From Spiroplasma attinicola (GTDB lineage: Bacteria > Bacillota_I > Bacilli_A > Mycoplasmatales > VBWQ01), in the NCBI RefSeq assembly GCF_023566095.1, contig NZ_JAKNSP010000002.1: a stretch of 24,000 bases of DNA. One strand, written 5' to 3'. The stretch's first letter is position 1, and each line of letters begins with the position of its first letter. Below, piece by piece: positions 12,465 through 20,744 of the stretch. A program made the position numbers and the translations under genes. The notes under the pieces are model-generated. The model had not been told where the DNA came from and searched no databases. It saw only the letters and a program-made list of their open reading frames with translations.

Positions 12465-13619
12465 TTAGTCTACCTCTCTTCTTTTTCTCAAAAAAGCTGG
12501 TAAATCATCATTTTCCAATAATGATTCTGTTATATCTTTTTGGTAATTTTTTTCTTGAACATTTTTAACTGAAGCAGGAGCAGCATTATTTAAATGTTGT
12601 GTATTATTAATAAAGTCTAAAATATTAACTTTATTATTAAAATTACTTGCTGCTGGTCTTTTATGGTCTTCAAAACCAGTAGCAATTACTGTCACAATCA
12701 TTGAATCATTTAAATGTTCATTAATTGCCACACCAAAAATAATATTAACGTCATTTCCTGCTGCTTCTCTAACAACATCAACAGCAATATTAGCATCAAT
12801 CAATGTCATAGTTGTACCACCAGTAACATTTAAAATTAAATTTTTTGCTCCTTTAATTGTTACATCATCTAATAATGGTGAAGAAATTGCTTTTAAAGCA
12901 GATTCCTTAGCTTTATTTTCTCCCTTGCCCATTCCAATTCCAAATAAAGCACTGCCTTTATTTTGTAAAATTGTTCTAACATCAGCAAAATCTAAATTAA
13001 TTAAAGCTGGAACAGCAATCAAATCAGTAATTGTTTGTACTCCTTGACGTAAAATATTATCTGCTTCTCTAAAAGAATCTTTTAAAGGAATATTACCAAT
13101 AACATGGAGTAATTTATCATTAGAAATAATAATAATGGCATCAACTTGTTTTCGTAATTTTTCAATTCCCATTGCTGCATAAGAGTTTCTTTGGCGACCT
13201 TCAAATTTAAAAGGTTTAGTAATAATCGCAATTGTTAAAGCACCAGATTCTTTGGCAATTCGTGCAATAATGTGAGCAGCACCAGTTCCTGTACCACCAC
13301 CCATACCAGCAGCAACAAAAACCATATCAGCACCTTCAAGTGCTTTTTTAATTTCTGATTCACTTTCAATTGCAGCTTGTTGTCCGATTTCTGGATTTGC
13401 TCCAGCACCTAAACCTTTCGATAATTCCTTACCTAAAATAATGCGATTTTTTGCTTTTGATGCTGCTAAAACTTGAGCATCAGTATTTGCAACATAAAAA
13501 TCAACACCTTGAACACCTGCTTCAATCATACGATTAACAGCATTATTCCCGGCTCCTCCAACACCAATAACTTTAATTATTGCAACTTGTTCAAATTGTG
13601 CAGTAGTATCAATTTCCAT
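12465..13619 (-). CDS. ftsZ: cell division GTPase FtsZ
   Basis: 384 aa containing [17 protein letters not shown] and the tubulin signature [11 protein letters not shown], then [18 protein letters not shown] lies upstream. Confidence 0.98.
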   Translation of the reverse strand: MEIDTTAQFEQVAIIKVIGVGGAGNNAVNRMIEAGVQGVDFYVANTDAQVLAASKAKNRIILGKELSKGLGAGANPEIGQQAAIESESEIKKALEGADMVFVAAGMGGGTGTGAAHIIARIAKESGALTIAIITKPFKFEGRQRNSYAAMGIEKLRKQVDAIIIISNDKLLHVIGNIPLKDSFREADNILRQGVQTITDLIAVPALINLDFADVRTILQNKGSALFGIGMGKGENKAKESALKAISSPLLDDVTIKGAKNLILNVTGGTTMTLIDANIAVDVVREAAGNDVNIIFGVAINEHLNDSMIVTVIATGFEDHKRPAASNFNNKVNILDFINNTQHLNNAAPASVKNVQEKNYQKDITESLLENDDLPAFLRKRREVD

Positions 13620-13663
13620 TTTTGTCTCCTTTTAAAGTCTTTTTTTGTTCTGATTAATTAACA

Positions 13664-14935
13664 TTACCTATTATCATTATACTGATAATTTAAATTTAAA
13701 TGTGAATGATGTTGATTTGCATCAATTTCATTCTTTTCATGAGCAAGGGTTTTATTTATTATTTCCTTGCCAGTATTACTAATTGATGAAACAGTAACAT
13801 TATTGAAAATATTCAAGTTATGTTGATAATTTGTCGCACCAATTAATGGTGCTCATTCATAATTATCAATTCCTGGAATTATATTAGCAATAAAAGAAAC
13901 CTTACTTAATTTCTCAAAATTTTTAATATAACTACTAAATCCAGGTAAATTGATTGTTTGTCCTGTAAAAGCAATTTCAATATTTGGATCATTATTAATA
14001 ATTTCAGTTAAAAACCCTTCAATATGTTCAACAATTTCATCAAGTTGATTACGAACAGTATTTTGTAAATCTGCTTTACTTAAAACAACCATTCTTCTAC
14101 TTTCTTGATCAAAGTACTTATCAACAATTAAATCACCTAAATAATCACTATTAACATTAATAATTTTTGTTAGGTATTTCAATGCTTTACTATAACTACA
14201 ATGCATTTTTACCATCAAACCTTGAATAATTTGATTAAAACCAATTTTAATATTATAAATCGCATATAATGCTGAATTAGAAAAAACACTAATTTTAGTA
14301 TTATTTCAGCCTCAATCAATTAAAACCAAATTATTAAAATTATTATGAAAATTAAAAACTAACGCAAACTGATCTAATGTTGCAGACAATAACTCACATT
14401 TTGCTTGTTTTAAAACTTCTAATTGAGAATTATAAATTGCTGTTGGCAATGTATAAATTAAACTTTCAAGATAAATAATTTGTCCTTGAGCATTTAAGGG
14501 AAAAGAGTTAGGGAAATTTTTATTATCAACTTTAAAATCATATGGTTTTGTTAAACAAATAACTTCATCTCGATCAATACTAATATTTTTTGCCATTTCA
14601 ATTACTTGATTAATGTCACTATTAGTAATAACATGATTAACTTCTTTAAAATCCAACATTGCTCGTGATTGATAAATCTTTAAATTATTAGATGGTAAAT
14701 TTAAAGCAACTCTGGTAATGTTAATTTTTAAAAGTTTGTTAATTTTATTTAATATTGTTCTTAAAGTTTTACCAGTTAATTCTGAATCAAGTACAAGACC
14801 ATTTTCAGCATATTGTTCAGTATTAAGTATTTCTTTATAAAGTACTTGAATATGATTATCAACATACTTATTAACCATAATTTTTAAATTAAAGTCGTCA
14901 ATTTGACAAACAACATATAGTTCTTGATCAAACAT
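13664..14935 (-). CDS. ftsA: cell division protein FtsA (divergent)
   Basis: Track ORFs 14312..14968 and 13853..14218 are in one frame, joined through TGA codons (…NLVLIDWGWNNTKISVF…). The start MFDQELYVV at 14935 follows AAAGGAAAT; the stop is TAA 13666..13664. It has an actin-like layout and sits between rsmH and ftsZ. Confidence 0.8.
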
Positions 14936-14951
14936 TTTTATTTCCTTTCTT

Positions 14952-15893
14952 TTAACTAACTCTTTCAATTACTCTTAATTTAGCACTTCGACTACGAGGA
15001 TTTTCCCTAATTTCCTGCTCTGTAGGAATAATTGGTTTTTTAGTAATAATCTTGTAATTACTAGTTCAATTACTAGCAATTGGTAATTTTGCATATACTT
15101 CATATTGCGGATCTTTAATCACTGTTAGAAAAACATTTTTAACAATTCGATCTTCCAATGAGTGAAAGCTAATCACAACAATTCTTCCTTTTGGTTTTAA
15201 TAATTTTAAAGCTTGTACTAATGATGTTTTAAGACTACCTAATTCATCATTAACAGCAATTCTAATTGCTTGATAAGTTTTTTTTGCTGGGTGATGACTT
15301 TTATTTTTTTGCTTTGCTGGTAAAGAATTTTTAATAATATTTGTTAGTTGTTCCGTAGTATCAATTGTTTCCTTATTCCGAAAATTAACAATATTCTTAG
15401 CAATCGTAGCAGCAAAAGGCTCTTCACCATAAGTTTTAATAATATCCTTAAGATCTTGATAACTATAAGTATTAACAATATCTCAAGCAGTTAACTTTTG
15501 ATTTTGATCCATTCGCATATCTAATCTACTATTAGTTTTATAACTAAATCCTCGCTCTTCATCATCAACTTGTGGTGATGAAATTCCCAAATCATAAATA
15601 ATTCCATCAACTTTACTAATATTTCTTGCTCTTAATTCTTCCGTTAGATTAGCAAAGTTATTTTTAATTAATAAATAATCACGATCATATTTATTTAAGA
15701 TTAGTTGACTATCATTAATTGCTGTTTGATCTAAATCAAAAGCATATAATTTGCCAGTTAATAATCGTTCCAAAATTGCTTTACTATGTCCTGCTCGACC
15801 TAAAGTACAATCAACATAAGTACCACTTGGCTTAACATTAAGTAAAGTAATTGTTTCATCTAACATAACCGGAATATGTACTAAATTTTTCAT
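14952..15893 (-). CDS. rsmH: 16S rRNA (cytosine1402-N4)-methyltransferase RsmH/MraW
   Basis: The N-terminus is [32 protein letters not shown]...[10 protein letters not shown]. The frame continues through the TGA at 15483 to ...[12 protein letters not shown]...[11 protein letters not shown] and TAA 14954..14952, giving 313 aa. Confidence 0.93.
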
Positions 15894-15896
15894 AAT

Positions 15897-16328
15897 TTAA
15901 AACTCTTTTAAAGTAGCAGCAGCTTGTACTAACTGGTCTTTCGTTTCATCATTGAAATCTTTTCAAGCAGTTTCTGACCAAATTTCCAATTTATTTGCCA
16001 AAGCAATAACAACAACTTTATTACTAATTTTGCTAATTTCCAATAACATTGAAGGAATTGTAATTCTTCCTTTATTATCAATTGTTACTTCTTCAGAATT
16101 AGCAAAAATTTGTCGTGATAAAATTCTACTTTCTTTTAATCCTTCCGACTGGTGCAAAATTTTTTCTTGTCATCTAGTAAATTCTTCAATACTACGAACT
16201 ACTAAACAATCTTCAAAACCACGAGAAACAATAAGGTTTTGAGTATCTTGAAAATATCCGCGAAATTTGGCCGGAATAATCATCCGTTTCTTATTATCAA
16301 TTGATGTTGTAACTTGACCTAGTAGCAT
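15897..16328 (-). CDS. mraZ: transcriptional regulator MraZ
   Basis: MLLGQVTTSIDNKKRMIIPAKFRG... and a second half-domain ...VTIDNKGRITIPSML (two DxxxR-type SpoVT/AbrB-like repeats). The frame reads through two TGA codons and stops at TAA 15899..15897, 3 nt before the rsmH start. An in-frame alternative ATG lies at 16343. Confidence 0.88.
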
Positions 16329-16338
16329 TGATGTTCCA

Positions 16339-16362
16339 CCCATACTTTCCCACTACTACCCT
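16339..16362 (-). promoter_or_regulatory. three GGG boxes at exact 10-bp phasing (MraZ-operator-like)
   Basis: The minus strand reads TAGGG-TAGTA-GTGGG-AAAGT-ATGGG. The (A/T)GGG cores are the complement of 16362..16359, 16352..16349 and 16342..16339. They sit between the -10 box and the mraZ start. Confidence 0.5.
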
Positions 16363-16363
16363 A

Positions 16364-16391
16364 ATTATACTTTAATAGTAAAAAAATACAA
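16364..16391 (-). promoter_or_regulatory. candidate promoter of the mraZ operon
   Basis: The minus strand reads TTGTAT, a 16-nt spacer, then TATAAT (complement of 16391..16386 and 16369..16364). Confidence 0.45.
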
Positions 16392-16620
16392 AAGATTTGC
16401 TTATTTTTATTAACATTTAAAAGACCCATTTTTAAGTTTGTATTATATATAACACAAAAGGTGTTTAATAAAAACTAATTTTTAAAATAAAACAACTAAA
16501 TATCAAAATTTTTTTTGAAAAACCTGAAATCAATTATTAATTTTTATGTTATTATTCTTTATAGTTATTAATAATTTATTAATATTATTCAAATAATTAT
16601 TTAACAAGGAAAGAAAAATT

Positions 16621-17475
16621 ATGAGTGACATAAACCCTAATTCAAATAATGAGCATAAAAAAGTTTCAGAAGAAACTCGCAGTCCATTAAATACTTTTAT
16701 TGAAGTTTATAAAGCATCAGTACACAAAGCACACAATCCATTAATTAAAACCTTTTTATTAGGAATAGTAGCGGGAGCATTTATTGGCATTGCTTATATT
16801 GCCTCAATTTGAGCAACAAGAAATATGCAAGGGCAAGCAATGTATAATGTTATTTTTGGTTTAGTATTCTTAGTTGCTATTACAATGATTATTTTTATGG
16901 GTGGAGAAATGTTCACATCCAATTCATTAATGTTTATTCCTGTAATTAAAAAACATGTTAAATGACGCAGAATGTTTGCTAATTTATTTGTGGTTTTAAT
17001 GGGTAATTTCATTGGTGGCGCTTTATTTGGTTTGCTAACTTGAGGTGCAGGATTTTTAAAAGATTCAGCATTTTTAAGTAATGCTTATTCAATAGCAGAG
17101 CATAAATTAGAGACAAGTTGATATAATAATTTCTTTAGTGCGATTATTTGTAATATTCTAGTTGCTGGAAGTCTTTATATTACTTGTGCGACAAAAAGTT
17201 CAATTGCTAAATTTGCATTAATGGCAATGTTAATTTTCCCATTTGCTTTATCAGGATTTTCTCATGTTGTTGCTAATAGCTATCCTTGAACATTACTACC
17301 AATCTTTAATCTCTTCAAAGGGTATCATACAACATTTGGTGATTGAGGAAAATTTGGTTATAGTGTTCAACTACCAACATTATTTGGTAACTTCATTGGT
17401 GGAGCAATCTTCTTAATGGGATTCTATTATCTAATCTTTAGAAAAGATTTAAAGAAAATAAATATTGAGCTATAA
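16621..17475 (+). CDS. formate/nitrite transporter (FNT) family channel
   Basis: Track ORF 16621..16812 continues through 7 in-frame TGA codons to TAA 17473..17475, giving 284 aa. Motifs include FLLGIVAGAFIGIA, GGEMFTSN, GNFIGGALF and ALSGFSHVVANS, plus a second GNFIGGAIF. These match the FocA/NirC-type six-TM pattern. Confidence 0.85.
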
Positions 17476-17505
17476 AATCAATCAGTAAAATGATTGATTT
17501 TTTTA
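17476..17505 (+). terminator. rho-independent terminator after the FNT gene
   Basis: Stem AATCAATCA / TGATTGATT with a 6-nt loop, followed by TTTTTT. Confidence 0.7.
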
Positions 17506-17542
17506 TTGCAAAATTAAATTAACATCTGCAAAAGTAAAATTC

Positions 17543-17571
17543 TTACATAAGTCTCATATTATTTATATAAT
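17543..17571 (+). promoter_or_regulatory. candidate promoter of HNH gene 1
   Basis: TTACAT (17543..17548), a 17-nt spacer, then TATAAT (17566..17571). The -10 box lies 38 nt upstream of the ATG. Confidence 0.45.
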
Positions 17572-17609
17572 AAAAGTAAATTGATTTAAAAAATAGGGGA
17601 CTAATAAAT

Positions 17610-17915
17610 ATGCATTTAGATGATTTAACAAAACAAGTTTGAGATAAAGCACAAGATTGTAAATGTGGCTTAGCTGATTGCGAATCAAACCATAAATTAT
17701 GTGGTATTTGTAATAAAACAATTGTTTATACCGCCCATGAAAGCAATCAACCACATAGTGCTTATGCCTGAAATCGCGATCATATCTTGCCACTTTCAAA
17801 AGGTGGAAAAACCGAACTCAATAATTTACAAGCAACTCATGTTCATTGCAATCATAAAAAAGGTAACAAAGAAGAAACTATTTCAGTGCTTGAAGCAACA
17901 ATTGAAGAAAAATAA
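17610..17915 (+). CDS. small HNH endonuclease-domain protein (101 aa), paralogue 1
   Basis: MHLDDLTKQVWDKAQDCKCGLADCESNHKLCGICNKTIVYTAHESNQPHSAYAWNRDHILPLSKGGKTELNNLQATHVHCNHKKGNK... This shows CxxC, then DH, then N, then HxxC(N), which is the beta-beta-alpha-metal HNH pattern. The two Trp are TGA, so both track ORFs covering this span are in the wrong frame or strand. Confidence 0.8.
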
Positions 17916-17917
17916 AA

Positions 17918-17946
17918 AAAGAGCTTAATATAAGCTCTTTAAATTT
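17918..17946 (+). terminator. candidate terminator after HNH gene 1
   Basis: Stem AGAGCTTA / TAAGCTCT with a 3-nt loop, followed by a short interrupted T-rich tail (TTAAATTT). Confidence 0.45.
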
Positions 17947-18050
17947 GATTCCGGTTTGGTTACCTAGCAAGACATCACAACATTACTGCTGCCATATCAG
18001 TTGGCAATAATAATATTGCCTTGTGAACAAAATAATGATAATAAAAATAA

Positions 18051-18604
18051 ATAATTATTTCAATCAGTTTTACTTATAATAATCAATTTGTCGTTTACGA
18101 TGTTTTAACTTTATTTGATCAAGATGAAGCAAAGTAACTGTAGCACAATTACATTTAATATTAACAGTTGTCAAAGCAGAAGTAAAACCAATCGTTTCCA
18201 AAATAACAATGAGATTATCATTATTGCTGATGAAGCACACTTAGCAATTGACAAAGATAATCCTGTAACTTTAAATTTCATGTTTCAAATCGTAAAACGA
18301 ATTCGTAAATATCATGGGTCAGTTGCCATTACTATGCAAAAATTTAAATGACTTTACAGGAACAGAAGATATTAAAAAAAAACGACAGCAATGATTAATA
18401 ACACGCAATATTCATTAATTTTAAATTTGGCACCACAAGATTTAAAAGATGTTGCTGAGTTGTATCATAGTTATGGTGGTCTTACTGCCACTGAAAGCGA
18501 TTATATTGCTCGAGCAAATCAAGGAAGCATTATTTGTTGTTTTAGGATATGAACGACATTGTATCAGCATTTTAGCTAGTGAAAAAGAACAAGAAGGGTT
18601 TTAA
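18051..18604 (+). pseudogene. C-terminal remnant of a VirB4/TraE-family conjugation ATPase, multiply frameshifted
   Basis: Pieces lie in three frames. They read ...FVVYDVLTLFDQDEAK*, then ..QLHLILTVVKAEVK / ..NNNEIIIIADEAHLAIDKDNPVTLNFMFQIVKRIRKYHGSVAITMQ, then ..NDFTGTEDIKKK, then ..INNTQYSLILNLAPQDLKDVAELYHSYGGLTATESDYIARANQGS, then ..ERHCISILASEKEQEGF*. The hhhhDEAH Walker B and RKY.G...T.Q motifs are typical of VirB4-type ATPases. The shifts coincide with A-runs. Confidence 0.55.
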
Positions 18605-18615
18605 AATTAATATAA

Positions 18616-19650
18616 TTAAATATAAGTTAATATTATTAAACATAATATCATTGCATCTGTTACAAATTTATGATATTTAAAATCACTTACAAGACTTTTT
18701 GCTCCGGGATGAGCTAAAATATTTCTAATATTAAATGTTCCCTCTCCACCGACTAAAATAAATCAAATTGTAGCTAAATAATGAATTTTAATTCTTTTTT
18801 TCTTTTTTAGTTCAATAATTAAAGAACCTAAACTTTTAATTTCTTGCTTATAGTATCCTTTATCAATTTTTTTATCATAAATATCAATATCATACTTAAT
18901 AGTAACTATATTTTGAAATGCTAATTCAAATGTTTCTAATAGTAATTTACTGCTTTCTAAATATTTTTGATTATAAAAATATAACATTCCTTTATTATAA
19001 GTTTCAATAATTTTTGAATTATTAAATTTATTCAGTAAGGAGTCTAATTCATTAATTATACTAAATGGTTTATTTTTTATTGTTTGATTTGTTAGTTTTA
19101 AAATACTAAATAAATTTTTCATATAATCAACTCTATAAAAAGGATTATTTCAACTGTCTATAATAAAGTTATTTGATCCTTTTTTATAGTGCATGTCTTC
19201 CATATCAACTTTTATAGTGTTATGAAAACCTAAATCTTCAAAATACCCAGTAGTTTTGTTTTTAATTGATAAATCTATTATTTTAATAATAAATTCATTA
19301 ATAATATTTAAGGGATTTTTTTTATTATTTATTTCTTTATTTATTAATTCACTTAAAAAAGGATCACTATCAAATGTAAATGAAGAATAATTTTTTTGTA
19401 ATTCTGTCTTATTTGTTATCATTATTTTATGCATTTTAGTATAAAAAGATTTATCATTTAATTTAGTTAAAAATATTTCACAAGCAAAATTAAATACTAT
19501 TTCAATGTCATTATTATTCAAGTCGCTAATATGATTAAGAATTCTTTTTTTTAATATAGAAATTGATTTATTTTTTAATTTTCATTTTTTGATTATTATA
19601 GTATTTAGCAAATCTGAAAGTTTAGATTTTTTATATAAAATATTATTCAT
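18616..19650 (-). CDS. hypothetical 344-aa protein with C-terminal HEPN-like RNxxAH motif
   Basis: Track ORFs 19150..19521 and 18763..19122 are one frame, joined by a TGA at 19152..19150 (…IIDSWNNPFYRVDYMKNLF…). The frame extends upstream through a TGA to the ATG at 19650..19648 and downstream through a TGA to TAA 18618..18616. I checked all junction codons by hand. The motif FNIRNILAHPG has its R at 18726..18724 and its H at 18711..18709. Confidence 0.75.
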
Positions 19651-19761
19651 TTTTTATCCTTAAATTATTTTCTTATTAAGAATATTATAAATTAATTTAA
19701 AAAATATTTAATGTGGGTTATTAAAAATTTCTAATAAATTTATTGAATTTTTTTGTTTTAT

Positions 19762-19788
19762 AGAAAACTTAATGAGTAGGATTTTTAC
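19762..19788 (+). repeat. direct repeat copy A of the oriT-nick-like sequence
   Basis: AGAAAACTTAATGAGTAGGATTTTTAC compared with copy B at 20746..20774, AGAAAAAGCATAGTGAGTAGGGTTTTTCC. The shared core is TGAGTAGG(A/G)TTTTT(A/C)C, and the cores lie 986 bp apart. Confidence 0.6.
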
Positions 19789-19825
19789 AATGTAGCATGA
19801 GGGGGCAGAGGTGAGTTAAGTCTCA

Positions 19826-19996
19826 ATGGAAAAAAATTAAGAATATAAAGAATCAATAATACTAGAAATTAAAAATTTATTAGATAAAATAAGAGAACTA
19901 GATAATAATGAAAATCATGAATTAGAAATAATAGATGATGAAGATTTTGTGTTATTAAAAGATATAATGCAACAATTAATTAAAAATCTAGATTAA
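19826..19996 (+). pseudogene. small acidic ORF (56 codons) interrupted by an in-frame TAA at codon 5
   Basis: ATG 19826 lies 12 nt after GAGGTGA. The reading is MEKN, TAA (19838..19840), then EYKESIILEIKNLLDKIRELDNNENHELEIIDDEDFVLLKDIMQQLIKNLD, then TAA (19994..19996), all in one frame. There is no ATG, GTG or TTG restart near the 5' end. Confidence 0.4.
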
Positions 19997-20020
19997 ATTT
20001 AAAAATTTTGAGGTCTTAAT

Positions 20021-20140
20021 ATGTTAGAAAAAAATAATGTTGTTAAAGAAATGTTATTTCAAATGAATGAACTTATATATAAATCATCAGAATTACATGC
20101 ATTTTTAATAAAAAGTATTCTATTAATATTGAAAATATAA
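20021..20140 (+). CDS. 39-codon ORF, probably the severed 5' part of the downstream gene
   Basis: ATG 20021 is preceded by TGAGGT. The product is MLEKNNVVKEMLFQMNELIYKSSELHAFLIKSILLILKI. It overlaps by 58 nt the open frame that leads into 20278..20667. Confidence 0.35.
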   Translation: MLEKNNVVKEMLFQMNELIYKSSELHAFLIKSILLILKI

Positions 20141-20277
20141 TTAATAATATTTCTTTAAATAAAAATGAGAAAGAATTAATAGAAAAGAAGATTTTATTTT
20201 CTATTGTTAATATTCAAGAATATTTATTGCTTTTTTCTGAAGCTTTTGCTGATTGAAATAGTAAAAATAATAAAGAG

Positions 20278-20667
20278 ATGGTTTATGAAATCTTTATTTT
20301 TTCTAATATTTTATACTGTATCAAAGGATGCATAGAAGCAATTTTTTCTTCATTTGAAAAATTAAAATTAATAACTAAATTTGATTCAAAAAAAATTAAA
20401 TCAGATTTAGCTACATTACATTTAATGAAAATAAGAAAAGTAGTTACACATTCAACACATGCAAAATTTGATAATGAAATTGAATATTATTTATTTAGAA
20501 ATCCACTTAATAATGATGAATTAAATACTCTTCCTCGTTTTATTTATAAATTATCTAATAATAACTTAGAAAAAGTATATTTTAAAATGAATTTTGTTAC
20601 AGAATCTATTAAAAAATTTAAATTTTTTCTTGAAGAAATTAAGAACATATTAAATAAAAAGATGTAA
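20278..20667 (+). CDS. hypothetical protein with Rx4H (HEPN-like) motif; frame is open from 20083 with no ATG or GTG start before 20278
   Basis: This is track ORF 20278..20667. The same frame is open back to 20083 and reads ...NIENIINNISLNKNEKELIEKKILFSIVNIQEYLLLFSEAFADWNSKNNKEM.... The motif MKIRKVVTHS has its R at 20434..20436 and its H at 20449..20451. A TTG at 20227 is an alternative start. Confidence 0.6.
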   Translation: MVYEIFIFSNILYCIKGCIEAIFSSFEKLKLITKFDSKKIKSDLATLHLMKIRKVVTHSTHAKFDNEIEYYLFRNPLNNDELNTLPRFIYKLSNNNLEKVYFKMNFVTESIKKFKFFLEEIKNILNKKM

Positions 20668-20691
20668 TAATAATTTATTTTATATTACTAG

Positions 20692-20736
20692 CTGAATTTA
20701 TTAGTTGAAAGTGAATGCAATAAATTCAGTTTTTTT
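20692..20736 (+). terminator. rho-independent terminator
   Basis: Stem CTGAATTTATT / AATAAATTCAG (11 bp, 16-nt loop) followed by TTTTTTT, beginning 25 nt after the stop at 20667. Confidence 0.6.
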
Positions 20737-20744
20737 CGTGTTAA

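Noticed and set aside
13473-13661. 62-aa plus-strand ORF, and likewise 16794..17012 on the minus strand
   Set aside because: They are antisense to ftsZ and to the FNT transporter respectively.
15952-16242. 96-aa plus-strand ORF
   Set aside because: It is antisense to mraZ, whose product has both characteristic half-domains.
17563-17928. Track ORFs 17563..17799 (minus) and 17701..17928 (plus)
   Set aside because: Both overlap HNH gene 1 in the wrong strand or frame. Under code 4 the frame starting at 17610 gives a complete HNH motif set.
17945-18050. GC-richer stretch (…GATTCCGGTTTGGTTACCTAGCAAGACATCAC…) considered as a tRNA fragment or attachment site at the island edge
   Set aside because: I could not build a cloverleaf or find a T-arm (GGTTCGAATCC-like). 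I found no matching direct repeat elsewhere in the window. It is probably more of the decayed element.
19672-19682. Palindrome TCTTATTAAGA near the start of the 344-aa gene, as a possible operator
   Set aside because: It is only 5+5 bp in sequence that is nearly all A/T, so it is expected by chance.
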